64,000 nucleotides of DNA from a virus. The position numbers and the translations under genes are program-made. Location: positions 66,809-130,808 of IMG/VR virus record IMGVR_UViG_3300022555_003222, one strand, 5' to 3'. Position 1 is the first letter of the stretch. Every line of letters begins with the position of its first letter. The notes beneath the pieces are model-generated. The model had not been told where the DNA came from. It saw only the letters and a list, made by a program, of their open reading frames with translations, and ran no database searches. Below are positions 1-8,657 of this stretch, piece by piece.

Positions 1-962
1 ATGACTAATCCTGTTGCGATATGTTCCAACACAGGCATCCATCTAATTCGCACAACAGGAGAGCGACCGGGCGATAATCCATAAGGTTCGACACTAGCAT
101 ATACCTCGGTTGTGTGATACATGTCTTTGCCTAAAATAGGAATCCGACCCTTGCCAGGAACATCCATTATTTTAGATTTCAAATACGTATCCAAAAAATT
201 CTTTTTGGGCACCCTTTCTTTCATCTCTTGTATTTGTTTCATCCATCTAAACAAATCGTGATCTACAATTGCCATTTCTAATAAAGCGGCACTATTGCTG
301 CTAGATTTGAATTTAAGTTGCATGCCTTTTTTACCACTACCAAGCAGCGGATCGGTTATCCATGCATCAATGCCTTTTTTATCCTCCTCTACCGTGCCTA
401 ATTGAATATTATAACCACCAACGGCATTTAATCCTTTAACGACCTCTCCTTCTATTAATTTACCCAACATCATCCTGCCAGATTTGGGCATTGTATTATA
501 TTCTTTGTTCTGCCCCTGAACATATCTAAATGAATATAAACTCGTTATGGCTGAGTATACGTCTTCTAATCTGTAAACATCACTAGAAAATTCTTGTAAA
601 TCTGGTCGGTTGCTCGCTACGGGAGTTGTAGATGCCACTCTAGCTTGAGTAATAGCGGCGGCAGCAGCCTTTTCTTTTTCTAACCAAGGGAAGAACTCTT
701 CGACGTTTGGCTGTCCTTTGATGAGTATGGGCGGCATCTTTTTATCTGGCGGAATGGGCGTGCCATTTTTGACAGCATCTTTTTCCCGTGATTTAGCTCG
801 CCGGATTCGTTTCTGATCCTCAGGAGGTAGCGAAGCAATGAATTCATCTTCTGTCCAAGGCTTGCTCGGATCATGATCTTCATTGACCGGGCATATAGTC
901 ACCATCGTGGCTAGCAAATCCACGGTTTCCTGGACTAGAAAAAATCTTGAAAAATTCAGCAT
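1..962 (-). CDS. Partial CDS (runs off window); putative PD-(D/E)XK-fold nuclease
   Basis: Not in ORF track. Manual translation from ATG at 962 (MLNFSRFFLVQE...) is open to the window edge and contains GKLIEGEV...EEDKKGIDAW...MQLKFK, a GID...QxK pattern. TAAATA box 4 nt upstream. Confidence 0.55.
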   Translation of the reverse strand, partial: MLNFSRFFLVQETVDLLATMVTICPVNEDHDPSKPWTEDEFIASLPPEDQKRIRRAKSREKDAVKNGTPIPPDKKMPPILIKGQPNVEEFFPWLEKEKAAAAAITQARVASTTPVASNRPDLQEFSSDVYRLEDVYSAITSLYSFRYVQGQNKEYNTMPKSGRMMLGKLIEGEVVKGLNAVGGYNIQLGTVEEDKKGIDAWITDPLLGSGKKGMQLKFKSSSNSAALLEMAIVDHDLFRWMKQIQEMKERVPKKNFLDTYLKSKIMDVPGKGRIPILGKDMYHTTEVYASVEPYGLSPGRSPVVRIRWMPVLEHIATGLV

Positions 963-1016
963 ACACTATTTAGCGATTCTGTAGTAAAATATACCTGTAA
1001 CGCTAGATATTGAGTA

Positions 1017-1745
1017 ATGGGAAGAAAATTTATGAAATTCAGCGAATGGCTCCAAGAGCCGCTATCTAAAGGTAAATCCAAAATTGCCGTCTTTGATTTC
1101 GACGGTACGTTGGCTAATACGCCTGCCAAACCCGAAACGCCCGAAGCAATCCGTAAATCGGGTTGGGACGGAAAGGATTGGTACGGGTCAAACGTATCCA
1201 TGCCTGAAGATACGAAATTCAATGACGAAGTGGTGGCAGCATTCAAAGCCGCCAAACAAGATTCCGATACGTATGCACTTTTGCTCACGGGTCGTCGTGG
1301 AGTCATTGCACCCAAAGTTCGTAAATTGCTTCAACAAAACGATTTGATCGGCAAAAGAAAAATTGCCAGTTCAAACGCTAATGCTTTACGACATCACAAT
1401 GGCCAAGAACACCCAGCCGAAGATACTGACCCGCATTGCCATGATGAATATTACTGCGGCGATTTTGCCACGGAAGACGATTATCCGAAAACGACCAGGG
1501 GTAAATCCGATGGTAGTACCCTTGCACATAAGGTATATGTTGTCAGAAAGCTCATGCACAGTGGCATTACTCAGGTTGATTTCTGGGATGATCGTGCTGA
1601 CCATATTCCACATTTTATAAAATTAGGCATGGACCTTCAAAAAGAATGGCCAGGATTGAAATCGGTCATAATGCACAGGGTCTATCCACCTCAACATCCC
1701 GGCCAGCCAGCCTGGGTACAACATATTCCTATTAAAAACAAATAA
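1017..1745 (+). CDS. HAD-superfamily phosphatase (RNA-repair HAD-like)
   Basis: Motif I VFDFDGTL, motif II LLTGR, motif IV FWDDR. Alternative start at 1032 (MKFSEWLQE). Confidence 0.85.
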   Translation: MGRKFMKFSEWLQEPLSKGKSKIAVFDFDGTLANTPAKPETPEAIRKSGWDGKDWYGSNVSMPEDTKFNDEVVAAFKAAKQDSDTYALLLTGRRGVIAPKVRKLLQQNDLIGKRKIASSNANALRHHNGQEHPAEDTDPHCHDEYYCGDFATEDDYPKTTRGKSDGSTLAHKVYVVRKLMHSGITQVDFWDDRADHIPHFIKLGMDLQKEWPGLKSVIMHRVYPPQHPGQPAWVQHIPIKNK

Positions 1746-1763
1746 TACATACTTGGTTATTGC

Positions 1764-2597
1764 ATGGATTATATTGTTAGCATTGAAAATACCCCGTATT
1801 ATCGTTGGCAAGTAGAATTGCTGATTGAAAGTTTCAAGCTGTGTAACATGGAAGATCAATTGTTAATAGCAATTGCTTCTAGCACATCTTCATCCACATT
1901 GTACATGAAGAACTTGGCTTCTCACGACAGAAAGTTTGTGCATGATAATTATGGCGCAGCTAGAGGACATCTGCCTCTCAATAAACTATACGCTGTTTAT
2001 ACAGCATTAACATCCAATCTCTTAAAACAGCCTTTTGCAATGATTCATCCCGATATGTTGCTCCTAAATCCAATTGGAGACATTGGGGATGCCAATGTGT
2101 TGATGCACATGGAGAATTTGGAGTTAAATGCTGTCGATGCATTTATTCAACCGTATTGGGATGCAGCCGCCGCTGCTAAAGGAATTATGCAAGGGCCTTC
2201 TCAACTTAGTGTTACTGGAACTATGGTATTCCAACAGGTGCCCGCCTTGTTCTTCTTGAGAACAATAGAAAAAACACAAAATATTTTAGAATCAAATCCT
2301 GAATTAAAAGAACACGCTGTTATTGCAGCCATGCGATTTATCTTGTGTGAATATTTGGGATTGCTTCTTTATCGAGGTGCAGTAGTGGATACCTCTTTAC
2401 GATTTGAATACCAAGCTAACATGGTTCATTATCGAAATGGATTACCACCTATCTTTAGTAAAAAACATTTTCTACACAGCGATGAGACCATACCCCTTAC
2501 ACTAACTTCTAGTAGTCCATTTGAAGAAATGTTACGTCTTGAATATTCGCCACAATATCCACTTATGAAAAAAGTAATAGATTCATATCAAAAATAA
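1764..2597 (+). CDS. Putative GT-A glycosyltransferase resembling HPAT/SGT1-type protein O-glycosyltransferases
   Basis: YYRWQ, HLPLNK and IHPDMLL motifs in the order recalled for HPAT/SGT1-like enzymes. Confidence 0.45.
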   Translation: MDYIVSIENTPYYRWQVELLIESFKLCNMEDQLLIAIASSTSSSTLYMKNLASHDRKFVHDNYGAARGHLPLNKLYAVYTALTSNLLKQPFAMIHPDMLLLNPIGDIGDANVLMHMENLELNAVDAFIQPYWDAAAAAKGIMQGPSQLSVTGTMVFQQVPALFFLRTIEKTQNILESNPELKEHAVIAAMRFILCEYLGLLLYRGAVVDTSLRFEYQANMVHYRNGLPPIFSKKHFLHSDETIPLTLTSSSPFEEMLRLEYSPQYPLMKKVIDSYQK

Positions 2598-2630
2598 AAG
2601 CACCCCGGCCAACGGCCGGGGTGCTTTTTT
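2596..2630. terminator. Bidirectional intrinsic terminator
   Basis: aaaagcaccccggcc-aac-ggccggggtgctttt between convergent genes. Confidence 0.85.
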
Positions 2631-2636
2631 CAAAAA

Positions 2637-3146
2637 TTATTCCTTTTTGATTTCGATCAATCGAACTTCAGAAACGCTTGACTTTTGAGGCAATTTCCAT
2701 TTTAATATGAGCACGCCATCCTTAACAGACGCTTCGGGATCGCCTTGGTATTCCCGTAATTCATCGGGGAGTTGTACTTCCCGACTAAAAGCAGAAGATC
2801 GCAATTCCTTAACATAGTAAGATTCATCTTCGTGTCGTTCCCATTCCGCTTTACCACTGAGACGGACCCTTCCTTCGGGCAACACTTCCACTTTCAAATC
2901 TTCGGGGCTTACACCTGCGGTGGTAGCTCTGATAATGAAATGAGTGTCGTCTTTCAGGATATCCATTTTCGGATATCCCGCTTTGGCTTGAACACTGTTG
3001 AGTAATTGCCCACCGAAAGCTTGATTCCAAATGTTATTGAAATGTTGTTCAATGGGAAAAAAGAAATCTTCCCTCATGCTGGATGGGACGCTAGATGTTT
3101 CATCCCGAAAGACATTACTCAACGCATTACGCAAATTCTTAGTCAT
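2637..3146 (-). CDS. Small heat-shock protein (Hsp20/alpha-crystallin family)
   Basis: YPKMDI...AGVSPEDLKVEV...FSREVQLP...ASVKDGVL and C-terminal IEI motif; GGAGG RBS. Confidence 0.93.
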   Translation of the reverse strand: MTKNLRNALSNVFRDETSSVPSSMREDFFFPIEQHFNNIWNQAFGGQLLNSVQAKAGYPKMDILKDDTHFIIRATTAGVSPEDLKVEVLPEGRVRLSGKAEWERHEDESYYVKELRSSAFSREVQLPDELREYQGDPEASVKDGVLILKWKLPQKSSVSEVRLIEIKKE

Positions 3147-3338
3147 AAAGACCTCCTATTGGATTTTACCACGGCCTTATTACCTGTGGTACTTGGCCAG
3201 CCATCAAGGTCTGGCACTATCATATATAAGTGACTTGACTTAAAATTTTTTCTGTTGTACACTGAGATAATAGGATTAAGAACTGTAAATACGTTAGGAC
3301 TTTGTTAGAATGTTGTGACACGATTAAGGGGACATTAG

Positions 3339-4004
3339 GTGAAATACATTGCAGCACTTTATGCAAACGGCAAAGTAGTCACTGGCGGTCATCACGGAGA
3401 CGCTTTTACCAAACTCACTTTAGAAGACCAGCAAGGAGAAATCACTTCTGGCTTCATTGATTCTGAAACTGGCAAATTCATTTCTGACGAAATTGAATTC
3501 TATGCCAAAAACATAATTCTCATTCGCCACGCTCACGCTTGTGATTATTTTGATCCCGGTATTAGCGGTTTGGGATATTCTCAATGTGAGCGAGTAGTAC
3601 ACTTCTTACGTGAAACTCAAAACGTACAAGAATATCAAGGATTTGCGAGTTGTTGTAATCGCACTAGAGAAACGGCCGAATTTATATTCGGCCGTTTGGG
3701 TATTCATTATGAAGTAAGACCAGATTTTTGCGATCAACGCAACTGGGATTTACCTTGCTGGAGGGCGGCTAGCCAATGGTTTGAGTCGCCCTATTCTTTT
3801 GTGGAACGGCTCCGTTATATCCTCAATACACTTCCAGCAAATTCTATCATTATTTCCCATTGCAATTTTGTTGCCAATATGGCACAATTAGCTTCTAACA
3901 CTGAGGACATTACTGAATTGCCCGAATGGAGTGGTTCAATTCCTCATTGCAGTGTGACATGTGTCATAAATAACAAATTGTTATGTATTGGTAAAACAAT
4001 ATGA
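3339..4004 (+). CDS. Histidine phosphatase (phosphoglycerate mutase family) with N-terminal extension
   Basis: IILIRHA, RTRETA and IIISH motifs. Confidence 0.8.
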   Translation: MKYIAALYANGKVVTGGHHGDAFTKLTLEDQQGEITSGFIDSETGKFISDEIEFYAKNIILIRHAHACDYFDPGISGLGYSQCERVVHFLRETQNVQEYQGFASCCNRTRETAEFIFGRLGIHYEVRPDFCDQRNWDLPCWRAASQWFESPYSFVERLRYILNTLPANSIIISHCNFVANMAQLASNTEDITELPEWSGSIPHCSVTCVINNKLLCIGKTI

Positions 4005-4204
4005 AAGCCGTTTGGAAGATGGAGCCCGGTGATGGTACTGGATGCTCAATCGCTGATGCAATGGTTCGCAATGAAAGAGGATTGTGTTCTATACAGGGTT
4101 GTAACAACCCAATAACATCAGATGCAATTTCATATGGGCTATTTTGCAAGATGTGTCCAGATTGTGAAAATGAATTGACGAGAACATTTACAGAATTATT
4201 ATGA
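4001..4204 (+). CDS. Small Cys-rich hypothetical protein
   Basis: ATGA overlaps at both ends; CxxxxC and CxxC motifs. Confidence 0.65.
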   Translation: MKAVWKMEPGDGTGCSIADAMVRNERGLCSIQGCNNPITSDAISYGLFCKMCPDCENELTRTFTELL

Positions 4205-4809
4205 AAAAAATTTTGGATATAGATCGTCGGATCAAGGGCAAACCCATTGATCTGGTGGAAGAGCCTGTAATCATTCGAGTTCGAGACTTCAATGAAGAGT
4301 CTGCTGAGAAGTTTTCTTTGGAAATGAACAAGGCACACAATACCGGCCAACCTGTCATCCCAATCATTGTTGACTCATTTGGCGGAATGGTGTACAGTTT
4401 AATTTCCATGATGGCAGATATTGATAATGCAAAAATTCCAGTGGCCACAATTGCAATTGGCAAAGCTATGAGTTGTGGCTGTGTGTTACTTACATGTGGC
4501 GCAGAGGGTTATCGATTTATGGATGCCAATGCCACAGTAATGATGCATGACGTATCTTCCTGGGAGTGTGGCAAAATAGAAGAAATGAAAGCGGGGATTA
4601 AACAATCTGAAAAATTACATAAAAAGATATTTCAACGCATGGCCATTAATTGCGGTCACGCATCTGATTATTTTTTGAAAATAATGGATCAGAAGAAACA
4701 CGCCGAATGGTTCTTTGATGCCAAAGAAGCGAAGAAGCATAACATCGTTAATCATGTAAGAGTACCTGAATTTAAGACCAAACTGTCTGTCGAAATAACA
4801 TTTGAATAA
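4201..4809 (+). CDS. clpP: ClpP-like serine protease (peptidase S14)
   Basis: DSFGGMVY, GKAMSCG (catalytic Ser), MMHDV (His), WFFDAKEA. Confidence 0.88.
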   Translation: MKKILDIDRRIKGKPIDLVEEPVIIRVRDFNEESAEKFSLEMNKAHNTGQPVIPIIVDSFGGMVYSLISMMADIDNAKIPVATIAIGKAMSCGCVLLTCGAEGYRFMDANATVMMHDVSSWECGKIEEMKAGIKQSEKLHKKIFQRMAINCGHASDYFLKIMDQKKHAEWFFDAKEAKKHNIVNHVRVPEFKTKLSVEITFE

Positions 4810-4823
4810 CACGGAGTTTAATT

Positions 4824-5033
4824 ATGAAGACCTGTCAAGAAGTTGAGTGGTTGACTACCGAAGAATTGATTGCTGAACTAATGAGCCGTGAAACTTTTAT
4901 GGGCATTATCATCCGTCCAGCCCAAGAAATCAAAGAAGACGAAGAAATTGCCGATACATTCACTCTTTCCAGCCGAGGTTTAGCCCAAGAACACCTTGTT
5001 GAAGTTCTGCATTTAGCCATAGGATCTCTTTAG
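4824..5033 (+). CDS. Hypothetical protein
   Basis: GGAG RBS; co-directional with clpP. Confidence 0.65.
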   Translation: MKTCQEVEWLTTEELIAELMSRETFMGIIIRPAQEIKEDEEIADTFTLSSRGLAQEHLVEVLHLAIGSL

Positions 5034-5044
5034 AAAGTAAGGAT

Positions 5045-5341
5045 ATGTTGCCAATAATTGGAAGAGATAAAAATGGCGGTGCTTGGTATAAAAGCGATCA
5101 GTACATTACTGACATTTCCAAAGCTACCGAATTTTATGTAAAACATCGCTGGTTCGGATTGGGAGCATATAGCGTAATTGCAGTAACTCACTGCTATAGG
5201 AAAGATAAAGAATATCCATACGTTGAACATTTTTGGACAAAACGTAGAGAAATAGGACGATTCCGCACAGCTTTGGAAGCATCTTTTGGTCTAGAAGAAG
5301 CCATGCGATTAAAAGACATTACGCCACTTCCGTCACAATAA
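5045..5341 (+). CDS. Hypothetical protein
   Basis: AAGGA RBS; operon context. Confidence 0.65.
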   Translation: MLPIIGRDKNGGAWYKSDQYITDISKATEFYVKHRWFGLGAYSVIAVTHCYRKDKEYPYVEHFWTKRREIGRFRTALEASFGLEEAMRLKDITPLPSQ

Positions 5342-5367
5342 ATATATATAATACAGGAGGGCACATC

Positions 5368-5649
5368 ATGAATTATAAATGGTTTACTGAAACGCTCGGA
5401 AAAGGTTTGGTTTTGTTGGTTCTTCTTGCCGCCACTGGTTGGGCTATAGAAAGTGCGTATCTTTTCTATTTGGCACCAGCTAATTTCTTTATTGGTGTAA
5501 GTAAAATAGCTGGATTGATTTTGGTTGGCTCTATTGCTTCTTTTATCGTTGGACTTGTTATCCAAGGTTTGGAAAAATTGATTAGCAAAAAACCTACGCC
5601 AACACCGCCTGCTGACCCAGCTACCGATACCACCATTCCCGTAGTATAA
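5368..5649 (+). CDS. Two-TM membrane protein
   Basis: GGAGG RBS; two hydrophobic segments; Pro-rich tail. Confidence 0.7.
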   Translation: MNYKWFTETLGKGLVLLVLLAATGWAIESAYLFYLAPANFFIGVSKIAGLILVGSIASFIVGLVIQGLEKLISKKPTPTPPADPATDTTIPVV

Positions 5650-6172
5650 TATTGACCTACGACGAGCAATGTTATGAATAAAGATGAACGCATCAGAATC
5701 ATGCAGCGAATACTTGAAGCTCTAGGTTCTGGAGAACCTAAGGTTTACAATACGGAAGATTGGTGGATCATCAATCATCTGGCATATCTGCTGAGCCTGA
5801 CCATTACTCCAGATGGAGAAATTGTGTCATTATGATGGAAGAAGCTATTGGTCGAATTGTCATTATTGGTCTTATTTGGATTGTAGCTGCCTCCATTGGA
5901 TTCTGTGCTCCTGTAGTGGCAACTGCTGGACTCTTAACTACAGTCGTGGTACTGGTCTAATAGACGAAAGGATTGTCATGTCATTTTGGTTTCTAATTCC
6001 GTTTTGGTGGATCTTACCACATCTACAAGAACCACAAAAAGCAGATCTGCCTCCTCCTGGTCATCAAATGATCATGTGTGTCCAAGTGGGAAATGAAAGT
6101 CACGTTATTTTCAGAAAAGACCATCACTGGGCAGTTTATGTTAATGGCAAATTTGATTCTGAAGGCAATGAC

Positions 6173-6487
6173 TTATGAGTATTCTTGTTCTCGGAATCGT
6201 TTCGGTAGTCGCCGCATCCCAGCCCAACTAAAATCTTCAAATACTGGCTGAATCTCAATGATTTCTTCCGATGTTTCGATGATCGATGGGATGTCGGACG
6301 AGAGAATGATTATAGACGGTAATTCAGGAATCGCCACGGGTAGTGGCGGTTCAATTACCGATGGGACTTCAATAGGTTGTATTTCTACAACAGGTGTTGG
6401 AGTTTCAACCGGTGGTAGTATTTCAACAATCGGTGAAACTGGTATTATTGGTGAAACTGGTTCAACTCGGTCAATGTAAGTTCGCAT
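6173..6487 (-). CDS. Pro/Ile/Glu-rich low-complexity protein
   Basis: 104-aa ORF with PVSPI repeats. Confidence 0.5.
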   Translation of the reverse strand: MRTYIDRVEPVSPIIPVSPIVEILPPVETPTPVVEIQPIEVPSVIEPPLPVAIPELPSIIILSSDIPSIIETSEEIIEIQPVFEDFSWAGMRRLPKRFREQEYS

Positions 6488-6773
6488 GTTCTATTTATCA
6501 TCGTAGAAAGAAAATCACAGTGATAAAAATACGCAGGAAAACATTTGTTCATACGGCCTTTCACGGTGAATCCTTAAAGGAAGTGAACACTCGTAATTTT
6601 GAGAACAAACTCAAAGAGTGTATGGATTTCGTGGATAGTATTGGTTATGAACGTGTGGCTAATGTTTTAGAGTATACTGCATGTCGTTATCGCCCTGGCG
6701 ACGACGGTGTTACTAATTTCGTGGTGTGGTATTGGGAAGAAATCGAAGACCCTATTTAACAAGGAGCCAAATC

Positions 6774-7034
6774 ATGGCAGAAAATCCAATCAATCTCTCA
6801 GTGTTCATCTCGCCCATTACCTATATCATTGGGTTTATGGGCTGTATTGTCTTGCTATCCATGCTTAAAAGCTTTATTGCACATGGCGTGTCTATTGCCA
6901 TTACCGAATGGCTTCTCAATCATTCTAGCGATGCCGAACGCATGAAGGTGGTTCGCTGGTTTGCCAATGGCGATGATATTATGGATGCCCTCAAGCGAAT
7001 TGAAAAGAATACATCTGAAGTAAAAGCAGAATAA
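6774..7034 (+). CDS. Membrane protein
   Basis: AAGGAG RBS before MAENP; one TM segment. Confidence 0.65.
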   Translation: MAENPINLSVFISPITYIIGFMGCIVLLSMLKSFIAHGVSIAITEWLLNHSSDAERMKVVRWFANGDDIMDALKRIEKNTSEVKAE

Positions 7035-7527
7035 TTATGCCGCATTACACAGATATACAACATTACACAGATATGAGTCGCTGCCAATGGTGCGATGCAC
7101 CATTGGCAGCGACCACTAAAAGATTCTATTTTTACACATGTGGCCGAATCATCCTTCGTAAAGACCATACGGCAGGATTTACTTGTGTACATGAAGGTCG
7201 TAAAGATAAAACTCGTTGTTCCGCTGACAATGGTCGTCGTCCCATGCGGAGTTTTCAGGAATATTTGGAAAGTCTTATTGTGATCAAAAATAATCTTTGA
7301 TATAATAAATGACATCGATAGATTGAATCCCATTACCCCAAAGGTGAAGCTATGAAATCAGTCCAATTATCTGTAAGTTATGACGATCATCCTGAAGATG
7401 TGGTATTTAAGTTTGAGAGAGCCCTTAAAGAATTGGGTGTTGACATCGACATTGATTGGGGAGAGGATAGTCCCAAGTCACAAATTACCATTTCTAAACA
7501 AGAACATAGTTGTAAGGAACGAAGATA

Positions 7528-7728
7528 ATGGAACGACGAAATTTTTTAGCCATGCTTAGCATGAGTGCTGTTTTACCATTCTGTGGTGAAATCAAGCCGG
7601 TGCCACCACCGCCACCTAAACCCTTGCCACCAAGAGATTATCCAGATCCTAAAAAGGCCAACGGCCTATGCGAGAATAAAAAACATGAGCATCCAAGAAA
7701 TAGTAGTGCTGTCCAGGTCAAAGGCTAA
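7528..7728 (+). CDS. Small protein with Tat-like signal peptide
   Basis: MERRNFL twin-arginine motif followed by hydrophobic stretch; AAGGA RBS. Confidence 0.55.
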   Translation: MERRNFLAMLSMSAVLPFCGEIKPVPPPPPKPLPPRDYPDPKKANGLCENKKHEHPRNSSAVQVKG

Positions 7729-8119
7729 AGAGTTTACTTGCGACCGACCCTGGGCAGCTATTAGCATATCGAGTTTTGAAGGTGATTTACCGAAACTCAA
7801 TATGTGTCAACGAGTAGATCTTTTGCAATTGATTTTTGAAGATACAGAATTCAACCGATCCGATTGTTTTCAACCAGAAGACGCTAAAAGAATACTTGAA
7901 TTCGTTGAGAAAGTAAAAGATAAGATAGAAGTCTTGCTTGTGCATTGTTTCGCTGGTTGGTCTAGATCACCAGCCGTAGCAGCCGCTATTGATAAGATAT
8001 TCAACAACAAAAACGAGAAAGAGAATATGCACTATTGGACTCACTATGAGCCCAATATGCTAGTGTATAAAACTATCGTAGAGACATGGAGTGCAGGCCA
8101 TGAGGTGCCTCATTATTAA
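7685..8119 (+). CDS. Cys-based protein tyrosine/dual-specificity phosphatase
   Basis: P-loop VHCFAGWSRS (HCx5R); start placed at MSIQEIV. Confidence 0.88.
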   Translation: MSIQEIVVLSRSKAKEFTCDRPWAAISISSFEGDLPKLNMCQRVDLLQLIFEDTEFNRSDCFQPEDAKRILEFVEKVKDKIEVLLVHCFAGWSRSPAVAAAIDKIFNNKNEKENMHYWTHYEPNMLVYKTIVETWSAGHEVPHY

Positions 8120-8655
8120 AAATCTATTTCAGTGCCTTGATTAAAGTTGGTTGTAGCTAAATGATTCATGGCCTGTCCTCGATGTTCAGGCGGCAAATCC
8201 GTCCAACCATTAGCTGGTGCGCCATCTTTATAATACTCTAATCCGTTTTCAGATCTTCGATTTCCTGTTTTTACCCAACCTGTAAACTTTGGCGGAACAC
8301 TATTGGGATTGGCTGGATTTTCAGGAGAGCCCATCACCGCTTGGGGCTTAGGCTGTTGTGGAGCAGCAACGGGCTGAGGTGCTGGCTGTTGTGGAGCAGC
8401 GGCGGCAGACTTGCCTTGATACAAAGCTTTATACAAATCCTGAACTCTCTGTAGTGATTTTCCACCATAATCACTATGTCCACCCATATCGAGTTTTGCA
8501 ATCTCGTCTTCCATACCTTTAATCTGTTCTCGACTCCATCCACCCGCAGGCATTTCTGGAATGGGAGCATAACCGCTCCTTCCTCGCATTGCTGTCATTG
8601 GTCCTTCTAGTAACGCCGCTTTATCATTTAACCATTCGGTAAATCTTTTGAACAT
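8116..8655 (-). CDS. Hypothetical protein with capsid-targeting-like N-terminus
   Basis: MFKRFTEWL; directly follows the helicase gene. Confidence 0.7.
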   Translation of the reverse strand: MFKRFTEWLNDKAALLEGPMTAMRGRSGYAPIPEMPAGGWSREQIKGMEDEIAKLDMGGHSDYGGKSLQRVQDLYKALYQGKSAAAAPQQPAPQPVAAPQQPKPQAVMGSPENPANPNSVPPKFTGWVKTGNRRSENGLEYYKDGAPANGWTDLPPEHRGQAMNHLATTNFNQGTEIDF

Positions 8656-8657
8656 TA

